Positions 7,701 to 17,065 of a DNA stretch of 44,165 bases are shown here, piece by piece (positions within the stretch are counted from its first letter, which is position 1; each line of letters begins with the position of its first letter). Origin of the DNA: Actinomycetes bacterium. Its GTDB lineage: Bacteria; Actinomycetota; Actinomycetes; JAKEEW01. Where the stretch lies: assembly GCA_036560395.1 (NCBI GenBank), contig DATBRJ010000111.1, positions 1 to 44,165 of the forward strand, in the 5' to 3' direction. The notes under the pieces were generated by a model. The model did not search any database, was not told the DNA's origin, and saw only the letters and a list, made by a program, of their open reading frames with translations. Made by a program: the position numbers and the translations under genes.

Positions 7701-8534
7701 CTAGCCAGAGCGCTTGAGCTTGCCGTGCCGCTTCGCGTACCGCTCGCCTGCCGAGAAAAGCGCAAGACCCGCCGGTATGCAGACGGCGCCGATCAATACC
7801 AGAATCCCCAGCGTCGGTCCCATCGTGGTCAGATCCGCGCCGTCGAGCAGGGCGTCCCTGACGCCATCGAGCGCATATGTCGCGGGGCTGATCGCTGCCA
7901 GCCATCTCATCCAGTCCGGCAACACGTTCACCGGATAGTAGATGCCGGAGACGACAAGGAGGACGCCCTGCGCCACGAAGCCGAGCTGCGCGCCCTTCTC
8001 CGGTGAGATGAGTGGAAGCACTGCGGTCATGATCCCGATGCCGGCGAAGGAAACGCTGGCGACGAGCAAGACCACGATCGCCGCGAGGAAGTTGGCGTTG
8101 GACAGGCTGAGATCGAAGAAAAGCCCCACGATCCCGAAGATCAGCAGCGCTCGGATGAGGCCGTACAGCACGGCGAAGGCGGCCATACCAGCGAGGTGCG
8201 CCGATCGGCGGAGCGGAGCCATGAAGGTGTACTCGATCGTCCCCTCCCACCGCTCCCACGCGACCGTCTCCGTGATGAACTCGAAGATGATGCCGAGATA
8301 GGCCCAGATCACCGCGCCGATCAGCAGGTAGGTGGTGACACGCTCCACGTCGATCGCGCCCCCGCTTGCCTCGATGCCGCGGCCGATAAAGACGATCGTC
8401 AGCGTGTTGGCTACGGTCCACACAAGGAAGGCGACGTCCCACCAGATATAGCGGCGGGTGAGGTAGAGGTTGCGCTCGATGACACCCGCGACCCCGATGA
8501 GCTCGGATCGCAGGAGGTGCGCCCTCGATCTCAT
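7701..8534 (-). CDS. ABC-2 type transporter permease
   Basis: Multiple TM segments. 4-nt overlap with the upstream ATPase gene 8531..9412. Confidence 0.85.
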   Translation of the reverse strand: MRSRAHLLRSELIGVAGVIERNLYLTRRYIWWDVAFLVWTVANTLTIVFIGRGIEASGGAIDVERVTTYLLIGAVIWAYLGIIFEFITETVAWERWEGTIEYTFMAPLRRSAHLAGMAAFAVLYGLIRALLIFGIVGLFFDLSLSNANFLAAIVVLLVASVSFAGIGIMTAVLPLISPEKGAQLGFVAQGVLLVVSGIYYPVNVLPDWMRWLAAISPATYALDGVRDALLDGADLTTMGPTLGILVLIGAVCIPAGLALFSAGERYAKRHGKLKRSG

Positions 8535-9412
8535 GCGAGCACCTCCCTCTCGTCGTCCTCGCCGTCCTCGTCTTCGCCGCTGTCGTCGGCGAACGTGCGC
8601 CCGGTCGCGGCGAAGAACGCCTCCTCAAGCGTTGCCGCGCGGTAATGCCGCTTGAGCGCATCGGGGGTTTTGAGTGAGAGCAGCTTGCCGCGATCGATGA
8701 TCCCCACCCGATCCGCGAGAGTGTCGGCCTCGGTCATGTCGTGCGTACAGAGCAGGATCGTCGCGTCGTGTACGTCTCGGATCTCCCGGACGAACTCTTG
8801 GACCTCGAGCTTCGAGCGAGGGTCGAGGCCGGTCGTCGGCTCGTCGAGCAGGAGGAGTACGGGTGCCGTCAGCAGGGCACGGGCGAGCGCGACCTTCTGC
8901 TGCATGCCGCGGGAAAGATTCTCCATCGGCTCGCTTCGGCGGTTGATCGGAAACCCGACCCGGCCAAGGATCCGCGGAATCTCGTCGCGGGTCTCACGAG
9001 CCGATATCCCATAGAACCGCGCCGCGTAGCTGAGGTTCTCGGCCGCGGACATCTTCTTGAAGAAGCTGGCCTCGACCGAGACCCGGTTGACCAGCCGCCG
9101 GACGGCGCGGGGCTCACGGAACACGTCATGGCCGAAGACCTTCGCGGTGCCACCGTCATGCAGCAGCAGCGTCGAGAGGAGTCGTACGAGAGTCGACTTG
9201 CCCGAGCCGTTCTGGCCGAGAATCGCGACCGTCTCGCCACGGGCCACCGTGAAGGTGACACCGTCCAGCGCGGCGATCCGTCGGCGGCGTGGACCGGCCG
9301 CCGCGCGAGGAGCCTTGCGCCGAAACTCCTTGCGCAGCTCGATGACTTCGATGGCGGGTGCGGCTGTGAAGACCTGCGGCGGCGTCTCGAGAATGGGATG
9401 CGGCTGAGACAC
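8531..9412 (-). CDS. ABC transporter ATP-binding protein (ABC-2 exporter subunit)
   Basis: Walker A GQNGSGKST, signature LSRGMQQK, Walker B LLLLDEPTTGLD. Acidic C-terminal tail. Confidence 0.9.
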   Translation of the reverse strand: MSQPHPILETPPQVFTAAPAIEVIELRKEFRRKAPRAAAGPRRRRIAALDGVTFTVARGETVAILGQNGSGKSTLVRLLSTLLLHDGGTAKVFGHDVFREPRAVRRLVNRVSVEASFFKKMSAAENLSYAARFYGISARETRDEIPRILGRVGFPINRRSEPMENLSRGMQQKVALARALLTAPVLLLLDEPTTGLDPRSKLEVQEFVREIRDVHDATILLCTHDMTEADTLADRVGIIDRGKLLSLKTPDALKRHYRAATLEEAFFAATGRTFADDSGEDEDGEDDEREVLA

Positions 9413-9574
9413 GGGTGGCTCCGGTGCGGATGGGACGGACGAAAGCCGAGCGCGAGAAGGAGGGAGGCGCCGACGTCGCGGCGACCCGGAGCGCGAGCGC
9501 CTTCGATCTCAACCGCTGAGGATCACCAGATGACGATAGACAGCCTGATCGCGCCGGAGCGAATGGTTTTCGCC

Positions 9575-10075
9575 TCAGAGCTGGCGGTGCATCACATGGA
9601 GGCCGACGTATCCCTTTACCGGGTGGTTGAAGCCCTCTGGGATCGTCGCCACGACGTCGAATCCCAGGGAACGCCAGAGCCCGACCGCTGGAGTGTTCGT
9701 CTCCACGACGGCGTTGAACACCATGGCCCGGTAGCCGTCGGCGCGGGCCGCCTCGAGGACATGCTCGCCCAGCGCTCGCCCGACCCCCCGCCCCGAGTAG
9801 CTCGGATCGACCATGAACCCGGCGTTGGCGATGTGGGCCCCTGGGCCACCGTAGTTGGGATGGGTTTCTGCTGTTCCCACGATCCGGTCCTGATCGTCGA
9901 CGGCCACCACCGTCCGCCCCGGAAGATCGTGCATCCACATCTCGCGAGCGTCCGCTTCGCTGGTTTCCCGGTCCCAGGAGAAGGTCTCACCCGCGGCCAC
10001 AATGCCGTTCATGAAGGACCAGATGGCCGGCCAATCGGCGTCCGTCGCTTCCCTAATCTCCATGGCGTCCAGCAT
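9575..10075 (-). CDS. GNAT family N-acetyltransferase
   Basis: GNAT motif A region: SGRGVGRALGEHVLEAARADGYRAMVFNAV. Confidence 0.85.
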   Translation of the reverse strand: MLDAMEIREATDADWPAIWSFMNGIVAAGETFSWDRETSEADAREMWMHDLPGRTVVAVDDQDRIVGTAETHPNYGGPGAHIANAGFMVDPSYSGRGVGRALGEHVLEAARADGYRAMVFNAVVETNTPAVGLWRSLGFDVVATIPEGFNHPVKGYVGLHVMHRQL

Positions 10076-10179
10076 GGTCGCAGACGGACGCAGATCGCCA
10101 ACCGGCTCACGCCAGTCAACGGAGCGGTGGCCGGCGGGCGGTAGTCGGCGTCACGCGATGTCAACGGCAGTCGCGACCG

Positions 10180-10695
10180 CTAGCGGCGGAACACGGCCAT
10201 CCGGAGAACATCGCGATAGGCGCCGTCGTGCCAGTTGTGCTCTCGGAAACGACCTTCCTCCCTGAAACCCGCCTTGGAGTACGCGGCGACGGCGCGCTCA
10301 TCGTCGGCCAGTACCTCCAGCGACACCTTGCGGAAATTCAGGTAGGTGAAGGCGTAGTCGACCAAGGTGCGGACGGCGTCCTGTCCGTAGCCCTTCCCCC
10401 ACTTGTCCCTGCCGATCGAGATGCCGAGATGGCACGCTCTGGCGTAGTCGTCGAAGAAGTGCAGCGAGCATTCCCCAATGACCTCGCCACCGACCTCGAT
10501 AACGAACCGGGCCTTGTCGCTCTCCGGCTCCGCGGCACGCTTGTCGAAGCGGGCCTCGAGCGCGGCCAGCGAGGTCGGCAGCGGCCGCTCGTCGCTAGCC
10601 CGATGCTCGACCGCGAGATCGTTGTACATCTCCCAGAGCGGTCGAAGATCGTCCCGCTCGACCCCACGCAGTAGCACCCGCTCGCCCGACAACAT
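10180..10695 (-). CDS. GNAT family N-acetyltransferase (RimJ/RimL-like)
   Basis: MLSGERVLLRGVERDDL..., WGKGYGQDAVRTLVDYAF. ATG at 10695 follows GTGAGGGG. The tracked ORF extends to 10779. Confidence 0.8.
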   Translation of the reverse strand: MLSGERVLLRGVERDDLRPLWEMYNDLAVEHRASDERPLPTSLAALEARFDKRAAEPESDKARFVIEVGGEVIGECSLHFFDDYARACHLGISIGRDKWGKGYGQDAVRTLVDYAFTYLNFRKVSLEVLADDERAVAAYSKAGFREEGRFREHNWHDGAYRDVLRMAVFRR

Positions 10696-10815
10696 CGCGT
10701 CGCCCCTCACCGGACCCACCGTTCCATGCGGCCCGATCATTCGGCACGGTGTCCGGCTCCGGCAACCGAGTTTGGCCATCCGGGGGCCAACGCCGCGGAC
10801 GAGAGGAGCGCGGGG

Positions 10816-12069
10816 TCACGAGCAGGTCAGCAGACCCATCGCTCGCTTGGCGGTGAGGACGCGGAGAACGTGCTGATCGATTGCGGAGCGGAAGGACCGG
10901 CTGGATTTCGCGGCCGCGATCACGGCTCGGGTCATCGTAGGAAGAACGGACGCCTCGACGGTGACGATCACGTCCCCGCCGGCCCGCAAGAACCGGAGCG
11001 CGCGCTGGGCCGGCGGCACCGCCTTCACCTCCGCTGCTGCGCCCAAGTCGTCGGAGAGCACGACGCCGTCGAAACCGAGATCCTTGCGCACCATGCCGTC
11101 GATGACTGTTTCCGAGAAGACCGCGCGGTTGTCCGGGTCGATCTTCGAATAGGTCGCGAGCGACACCATGAGGAAACCCGCGCCCGCCTCGATGCCGGCG
11201 CCGAACGGCGCGAGATCGGGATCGTCCCGCGTGGTCACTCGATCAACGACCCCGGCGGTGACGTCGGTGTTACCGCGGACCTTTCCTAGCCCAGGGAAGT
11301 GTTTGACAGCCGTCGCCACCCCTGCCTGGCCCATACCCGACACGAACGCCGCGACATGCTGCCCTACGGATGAAGGATCAGAACCGTAGCCGCGATGCAA
11401 CGCACCGATGGGCAAATTGGCCGTACCGACCGAAGCCGGGACGACGTCGGCGACCGGTGCGAGGTCGAGGTCAACCCTCGCAGCACGCAGATCCTCCCCC
11501 CATGCCTCCGCACGGGTCCGCAGCTGGCTAGGCGTCAGCTGGGCCTGCTCACTCGCCGAAGGGATCGGCTCGAATCCCGGCCCCTTCAGATGCTGGACAA
11601 GCCCGCCCTCTTGGTCCGCTGCCACGATCGCCTGCACTCCGGCCGGCGCGCCGGCAACGGTGCGCGCTCGGTTTGCCGCGGTCGCCACCGCGCGCGTCCC
11701 CGTGGTGGCCTGCCCGACGAGCAGGATCGCCCCGACATGCACCGCCCCCAGTGTCGAAGACACGAACGCGGGTGTCCGGTCCACCTGTACCCCGCCCATG
11801 AACAACTGGCCCACTCGCTGCGCAAGAGTGAGCCTCTGGAGAGTTCGCTGCACGCAGCTGGCGACCGTAGGCGAGGTTGTGGCGGGCGGCGTCTGCGACG
11901 GTGTCGTGGTCGCAGAGTACGTACTGCTGGATGTCGGCGACGCTCCGCTCGCCGATCCCGATCGCTGACCCCCACACCCGGCCAGCCCGGCGACCACGAG
12001 CAAGCCGGTGCACCCGATGGCCGTGACCAGCTGGCGGTGCCGTTTCGTCGCAACTCCCCTGCTGGCCAC
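10816..12069 (-). CDS. glycoside hydrolase family 3 beta-N-acetylhexosaminidase-like lipoprotein
   Basis: ADQEGGLVQHL and KHFPGLGKVRGNTD motifs. Lipobox LAGC after a basic/hydrophobic N-terminus. Start uncertain: GTG 12069 chosen because ORF start 12300 would overlap the ASCH gene. Confidence 0.8.
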   Translation of the reverse strand: MASRGVATKRHRQLVTAIGCTGLLVVAGLAGCGGQRSGSASGASPTSSSTYSATTTPSQTPPATTSPTVASCVQRTLQRLTLAQRVGQLFMGGVQVDRTPAFVSSTLGAVHVGAILLVGQATTGTRAVATAANRARTVAGAPAGVQAIVAADQEGGLVQHLKGPGFEPIPSASEQAQLTPSQLRTRAEAWGEDLRAARVDLDLAPVADVVPASVGTANLPIGALHRGYGSDPSSVGQHVAAFVSGMGQAGVATAVKHFPGLGKVRGNTDVTAGVVDRVTTRDDPDLAPFGAGIEAGAGFLMVSLATYSKIDPDNRAVFSETVIDGMVRKDLGFDGVVLSDDLGAAAEVKAVPPAQRALRFLRAGGDVIVTVEASVLPTMTRAVIAAAKSSRSFRSAIDQHVLRVLTAKRAMGLLTCS

Positions 12070-12130
12070 GTCGGATGATCGCGATTCTGGTGGGATCGAA
12101 GCCCACAGCGCGATTGTACGGTCGGCCTGG

Positions 12131-12544
12131 TCAGAGCCGTTCGACCAGGCGGAACCGCTCCGCGACCGCCAGGGTGTCATCGGTGACGGCAAACGCCGGA
12201 TCCCCGAGATAGCTGCGCATCTCGGGGCTGTGCCAGAACTGTTCGTGCCCAGCCCGCCAGGCGCCGACTGTCTCGTAGCCCTCGCCTTCGTCGATCGCAT
12301 GGGCTAGATCGATGTCGCGGAGCCGGATGACCCGAACGTCAATTGTCTCGATCACTGCGACCGGTTTGTCTTCCGAGTCGACGACGACGCTGCGTTCCCC
12401 GACCTCGGGGAGCGGTTCGTCGTCGTGCTCGTACTCGATTAGTAATGACGTCGTCGACGTCTTCTGGCCGGCCAGGATCGCCGCGACAAGGCTGTCTCGC
12501 AGCGGACCAGGGAACGCGAAGTAAGCCCTCGACGGATCACCCAT
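12131..12544 (-). CDS. ASCH domain-containing protein
   Basis: 137 aa. The pattern LVAAILAGQKTSTTSL...DIDLAHAIDEGEGYETVGAWRAGHEQFW resembles ASCH/PUA-like proteins. Confidence 0.75.
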   Translation of the reverse strand: MGDPSRAYFAFPGPLRDSLVAAILAGQKTSTTSLLIEYEHDDEPLPEVGERSVVVDSEDKPVAVIETIDVRVIRLRDIDLAHAIDEGEGYETVGAWRAGHEQFWHSPEMRSYLGDPAFAVTDDTLAVAERFRLVERL

Positions 12545-12711
12545 CCGAGGAGGTTATATCGCCCACGCCCCTTGCCCGCACGTCGCGTTAGACCCCGCTC
12601 GAGCCGCCAGGCGCAGACGGGCAGGAGCTATGGTCCAGCCGATCCTCGATCGTCTCGGTTGCGCGGCATACTGAGCCGGGTCTGAACGTGAGCTAGACGC
12701 CGAGAGGTGAT

Positions 12712-13680
12712 GTGGTGGGCGCACCGGCTCGCGATGTTCGGCACCCCACGGTCGACGACTTGGACCGGGCCTGGCACGTCGTGCGTGAACACCTCGCACC
12801 CTCACCACTGGTGGCCACGAGCGTGGCCGCCGACTCCTGGCTCAAGGTGGACAGCTGGCAGCCGACGGGATCGTTCAAGGTACGCGGTGCGCTGGCGGCG
12901 CTGGCGGCTGTTGACGAGCGGGGCAGGGCAGCGGGCGTCGTCGCCGCTTCAGCGGGGAACCACGGTCTCGGCGTGGCTCATGGCGCAACCCGGCTCGGCA
13001 TTCCGGCCACGATCGTCGTGCCGCGGACGGCATCGGCGGCGAAGGTGGCCGCACTCGCCGACTTCCCCGTCGATCTCGTCCAGCACGGTGACGATTACGA
13101 TGCCGCCGAGGCATATGCGATCAGCCTCGCCGTGGACGGCCTGGCGTTCATCTCGCCGTACAACGATCCCAACGTCATCGCCGGTCAAGCGACGATCGGG
13201 CACGAGCTGAGTGACGAACTGACTCCTCCCTTCACGATCGTCGCTCCGATCGGCGGTGGTGGGCTGGTCGCCGGGCTGAGCCTGTGGGCAACGACCCGAC
13301 CAGGAGTACGGGTCGTCGGCGTGGAGGCGGATGCGTCGCGGGCCGTCTCGGCAGCGGTCGCCCGCGGAGGCATCGTGCCGGTGCCGATCGCGAGCACGCT
13401 TGCCGACGGCCTCGCCGGAAATCTCGAGCCCGACAGCATCACGCCAGAGATCATCGCGAAATACACACAGGCGCTGACCTCCGTGAGCGAGGCGGAGATC
13501 AGGGATGCCATACGCTTTCTCGCCGCGCGGCACGGGTTGGTCGCCGAAGGCTCCGGTGCGGTCGCTCTCGCCGCGCTGATGGCCGGCAAGGTCGAGGTTC
13601 AGGGCCCAACGGTCGCCGTCGTGACCGGCCGCAACATCGCGCTACCCGTCCTCGCCGAGGTCCTCGCCGCCGCCTATTGA
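12712..13680 (+). CDS. PLP-dependent threonine/serine dehydratase family enzyme
   Basis: PLP-lysine motif TGSFKVRGA and glycine loop PIGGGGL. GTG start follows GAGAGG. Confidence 0.85.
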   Translation: MVGAPARDVRHPTVDDLDRAWHVVREHLAPSPLVATSVAADSWLKVDSWQPTGSFKVRGALAALAAVDERGRAAGVVAASAGNHGLGVAHGATRLGIPATIVVPRTASAAKVAALADFPVDLVQHGDDYDAAEAYAISLAVDGLAFISPYNDPNVIAGQATIGHELSDELTPPFTIVAPIGGGGLVAGLSLWATTRPGVRVVGVEADASRAVSAAVARGGIVPVPIASTLADGLAGNLEPDSITPEIIAKYTQALTSVSEAEIRDAIRFLAARHGLVAEGSGAVALAALMAGKVEVQGPTVAVVTGRNIALPVLAEVLAAAY

Positions 13681-13703
13681 GCGCGGGGGTTGCAAGCGTG
13701 GGA

Positions 13704-14450
13704 TCAGCCGCGGCCCAGGAGGGTGCCGCCGTTGACCTGGAGGACCTGGCCCGTCGTCCAGCCGGCGTCGGGCGAGACGAGATAACAAACGGCCGCAGCG
13801 ACCTCCGCCGGTGTGCCGGGGCGGCCCATCGGGATGCGGGCCACCCGGGACTCGTACACCTGCGGTGTCAGCCGGCCCGCCCAGAACTCCGTGTCCGGGA
13901 CGAAACCGGGCGCCACCACGTTTACCGTCACCCCGTCCGGGGCGAGTTCGTCGGCGAGGCTGTAGGCCCAGGCGTGCAACGCCGCCTTCGCTCCGCCGTA
14001 CGAGCCCGCTCCGCGCAGCGCAGCCACGGAGCTGATCGCGACGATGCGCCCGCCCGGTCGGGTGATATGCGGCAGCAATGCCTCGGTGAGCAGAACCGTC
14101 GGCAAGACGTTCCCATCGAAGTCCTGACGCCAGGCCGCTGCGAGCTCGGCCAAACTATCCGTCGCAGCGGTGGAGACCCCACCCGCATTGTTGACGAGAA
14201 CGTCGACCGAGCCATGGTCCCGAACGATCGCCGAAGCGGCTGCCGCGACCTGATCCGGCTCGCTGAGGTCGGCGCGGTACCAGCGGGCGGGGTCTCCTGC
14301 AGCGGCGCCGGTGATCTCGGCGGCCGCTTTCTCCAGCGCCTCAGGACGACGGCCGAGGAGGACGACCTGGTCGCCGTCCCTAGCCAGCCTGGCGGCGATC
14401 GCCCTACCGATGCCGGTCGCTCCGCCTGAGATTACGGAAACCCGCGCCAT
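13704..14450 (-). CDS. SDR family oxidoreductase
   Basis: ATG at 14450 follows GGAGGAAGG. Rossmann motif SGGATGIGRAIA and NNAG motif. The tracked ORF extends to 14648. Confidence 0.85.
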   Translation of the reverse strand: MARVSVISGGATGIGRAIAARLARDGDQVVLLGRRPEALEKAAAEITGAAAGDPARWYRADLSEPDQVAAAASAIVRDHGSVDVLVNNAGGVSTAATDSLAELAAAWRQDFDGNVLPTVLLTEALLPHITRPGGRIVAISSVAALRGAGSYGGAKAALHAWAYSLADELAPDGVTVNVVAPGFVPDTEFWAGRLTPQVYESRVARIPMGRPGTPAEVAAAVCYLVSPDAGWTTGQVLQVNGGTLLGRG

Positions 14451-14544
14451 GACCTTCCTCCATCCGTCCGGGTCTTTGCTCTCGGCCCGGCCGCCCGGTA
14501 CCGCGAATGATCGCGACCGCGGCGGCTCGGCTCGCGGCTCGGCG

Positions 14545-15117
14545 CTACGGGTACTCCCACGTGACCTGGACACCGATCTCTCCTGGCGCGGTGATCTCGT
14601 GGTCCAGGCGCGCGATCTCGTGGAAACCGGCCCGCGCAGCCACCGCACCCGAGGCCGGGTTGGCGGCGTCGTGCTTGATCACGACTCGGTCGACTCCGGG
14701 CTGGTCGAGGGCGGCACGGGTCAGCGCCGAAGCCGCCATCGTCGCGTAGCCGCGCCCGGTGTGTGCTGAGTGGAGCCAGTAACCGATCTCGAGGGCACCC
14801 GTGCCGATCCGATCGTGCAGGCCGAACGAGCCGACAAGCGTTCCGGCACGGTCCAGTGCCGCGTAGTTCCATTGCGTGCTGTCGGCCCAGCCGTCCGTCG
14901 CGATGTCGATGAAGATCCCTGCGGCGCCTACGTCGTACCCCTCGTGCGCCCACGGCATGAACGGGAGCAGCTCCGGTAGCGACGCCTGGACGGCGGCCGC
15001 CAGCTCCTTTGCGTCATCCGGCCGCCAGCGGCGGAGGGTGATCTCCTCCGCGTCGATCACATCGGGAAAGTCCACCGCTCGATCCTGCCCATGCGATCGC
15101 CACGACGACAACTCCAA
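14545..15117 (-). CDS. GNAT family N-acetyltransferase (RimJ/RimL-like)
   Basis: ITLRRWRPDDAKEL..., HTGRGYATMAASALTRAAL. Confidence 0.8.
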   Translation of the reverse strand: MELSSWRSHGQDRAVDFPDVIDAEEITLRRWRPDDAKELAAAVQASLPELLPFMPWAHEGYDVGAAGIFIDIATDGWADSTQWNYAALDRAGTLVGSFGLHDRIGTGALEIGYWLHSAHTGRGYATMAASALTRAALDQPGVDRVVIKHDAANPASGAVAARAGFHEIARLDHEITAPGEIGVQVTWEYP

Positions 15118-15194
15118 TCCACGCGCAGGGCGCGGCGTCTGGCCTCGCAGAAAACAGCGTGCCTCCCGCCACCCTCTGCTGGTAGGCAGGACAC

Positions 15195-16430
15195 ATGACC
15201 GACACAGCCGGCGCCCCCTATCCGATTCGCTCGGTATCCCCCGACGAGTGGGACGTCGTCCTCGCGAACGACCAGCTCGCCTTCGCCGAGGTCTTCCCGC
15301 CGGAAATCATCGAGCGCGAGCGCGGCCTGTTGCCGTGGAGCCGCACCCTCGGGGCATACGACGGCGACGAGCTCGTCGGATTCACCGCCGCCTACGAGCA
15401 GGGGATGCGCATACCGGGAGGCATGCTCCCGAGCACTGGCGGCGTGACCTGGGTGACGGTGCGGCCCACCCATCGGCGCCGCGGCATCCTTAGCTCCCTG
15501 CTCCGACGGCAGCTCGCTGACCTGCACGAGCTCGGTCAGCCTGTCGCCACACTCTGGGCGAGCGAGCCGGCGATCTACGGCAGGTTCGGCTTTGGGCTGG
15601 CATCGATGAGGTACGGCGTGAAGGTCCCACGCCGTACCCAGTTGATCGACGCCCCGGCCGACCCCTCGCTACGTCTGCGTATCGTCGATCCGAAGAAGGC
15701 GATCGACGCATTGGAGACTGTGGCGGCAGCGGCGCCGGCCCGTCCTGGCATGTTGGCGCGCGACGAGCGCTGGTGGAATCGCTCCACGGACGACCCACCG
15801 GCCGCCCGAGGCGGCGGCAAGCTCTACTGCGTTCTGGCCGAGAGTGCGGGCCAGCCGCGTGGCTACGCGCTCTATGTGCCGCGCTCGAAGTGGGAGGGCA
15901 GCGGACCGGCGGGCACGGTGAACCTGCGCGAGGTGCTGGCCGCCGACCAGGCGGCGTATGCGGAGCTATGGCGGTTCCTGCTCGACATCGACCTGATGGC
16001 GGATGTCGATTACTGGAACCTGCCGGTTGACGACCCGCTGCTGTGGTGGCTCTCCGACGCGCGGCGCGCGGAGCCGACCTTGGGCGACGCGATGTACCTC
16101 AGACCGGTCGACGTCGCCGCGGCCCTCTCGGCACGGCGCTACACGACGGACGTCGACGTCGTCCTGTCAGTCACCGACCACACCTGCCCATGGAACACCG
16201 GCCGGTGGCGGCTCACCGGCGGTCCCGCCACAGCCTCGTGTACGAAGACGACCGATGCGGCCGACCTTGCGATTGACGCCCGCGCACTCGGCTCGGCGTA
16301 CCTCGGCGGCGTCACCCTCCAGACGCTTGGCGCAGCCGGACGGGTCGACGAGCTGGTGCCGGGTGCGCTCGCGTACGCCAGCCGCGCCTTCGCCCATGAG
16401 CCCGCCCCGTGGTGCCAATTCATCTTCTAG
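15195..16430 (+). CDS. Eis-like GNAT acetyltransferase with a C-terminal SCP2-like domain
   Basis: 411 aa. VRPTHRRRGILSSLLRRQL motif A. Length and architecture are typical of the enhanced intracellular survival (Eis) family. Confidence 0.8.
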   Translation: MTDTAGAPYPIRSVSPDEWDVVLANDQLAFAEVFPPEIIERERGLLPWSRTLGAYDGDELVGFTAAYEQGMRIPGGMLPSTGGVTWVTVRPTHRRRGILSSLLRRQLADLHELGQPVATLWASEPAIYGRFGFGLASMRYGVKVPRRTQLIDAPADPSLRLRIVDPKKAIDALETVAAAAPARPGMLARDERWWNRSTDDPPAARGGGKLYCVLAESAGQPRGYALYVPRSKWEGSGPAGTVNLREVLAADQAAYAELWRFLLDIDLMADVDYWNLPVDDPLLWWLSDARRAEPTLGDAMYLRPVDVAAALSARRYTTDVDVVLSVTDHTCPWNTGRWRLTGGPATASCTKTTDAADLAIDARALGSAYLGGVTLQTLGAAGRVDELVPGALAYASRAFAHEPAPWCQFIF

Positions 16431-16460
16431 GGCGGCCACGACCCGATGCGTGGAGTGGTA

Positions 16461-16937
16461 TCAGGCGGGCGCAGGAAGGTCCGGAAGTGTGCCGGTCTGC
16501 TCGTACGCCGTGAGCATGGCGATCCGTCTCGCATGTCTTTCTTCACCGCTGTAGGGCGTGGTCATGAAGATCTCGACGAAGCGCGTTGCCTCGTCCTGGG
16601 TGTGCATGCGCGCGCCAATCGAGATGACGTTCGCGTCATTGTGCTCCCGGGCGAGCTCTGCGATCTCCTCACTCCAGGCCAAGGCGGCCCGGATTCCTAC
16701 GACCTTGTTCGCTGCTATCGCTTCGCCGTTGCCCGACCCGCCAATGACAATGCCTAGACTGTCGGCGTCGGCGCTGACCCTGGTGGCCGCACGCAGGACA
16801 TACGGCGGATAATCATCGTCGCCGTCGTACTCGTACGAACCGCAGTCGACCGGCTCGTGGCCGGCCGCCTCGAGCCAGCCGATGAGGTGGGACTTCAGCT
16901 CGAATCCGGCGTGGTCGGAAGCGATGTAGACACGCAT
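16461..16937 (-). CDS. rpiB: ribose-5-phosphate isomerase B
   Basis: MRVYIASDHAGFELK..., GIVIGGSGNGEAIAANK, ISIGARMH. Confidence 0.9.
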   Translation of the reverse strand: MRVYIASDHAGFELKSHLIGWLEAAGHEPVDCGSYEYDGDDDYPPYVLRAATRVSADADSLGIVIGGSGNGEAIAANKVVGIRAALAWSEEIAELAREHNDANVISIGARMHTQDEATRFVEIFMTTPYSGEERHARRIAMLTAYEQTGTLPDLPAPA

Positions 16938-17065
16938 GGGCGGCAGTCTGCCACGAGCTCTGGCAACAGTCGGATCTCACGGTTGGAGACTGGCGCGCGC
17001 GACACCGGCCTGACATGGCACGATGCCAAGACTCCACTATCAGCCCCAGTCAGGAGAGCAACGCC

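Noticed and set aside
7390-10144. Long ORFs 7390..8661 (-, 423 aa) and 8741..10144 (+, 467 aa)
   Set aside because: They are off-frame or antisense to the well-supported ABC-2 permease, ATPase and GNAT genes. Their Arg/Gly/Pro-rich composition is typical of high-GC shadow ORFs.
12070-12300. N-terminal extension of the GH3 gene to 12300
   Set aside because: It would overlap the ASCH gene by 170 nt on the same strand. The extension is Arg/Ser-rich and precedes a clear lipoprotein signal peptide that should be N-terminal.
13284-14429. ORF 13284..14429 (+, 381 aa)
   Set aside because: It is off-frame over the dehydratase gene and antisense to the SDR gene. The translation is Arg-rich noise.
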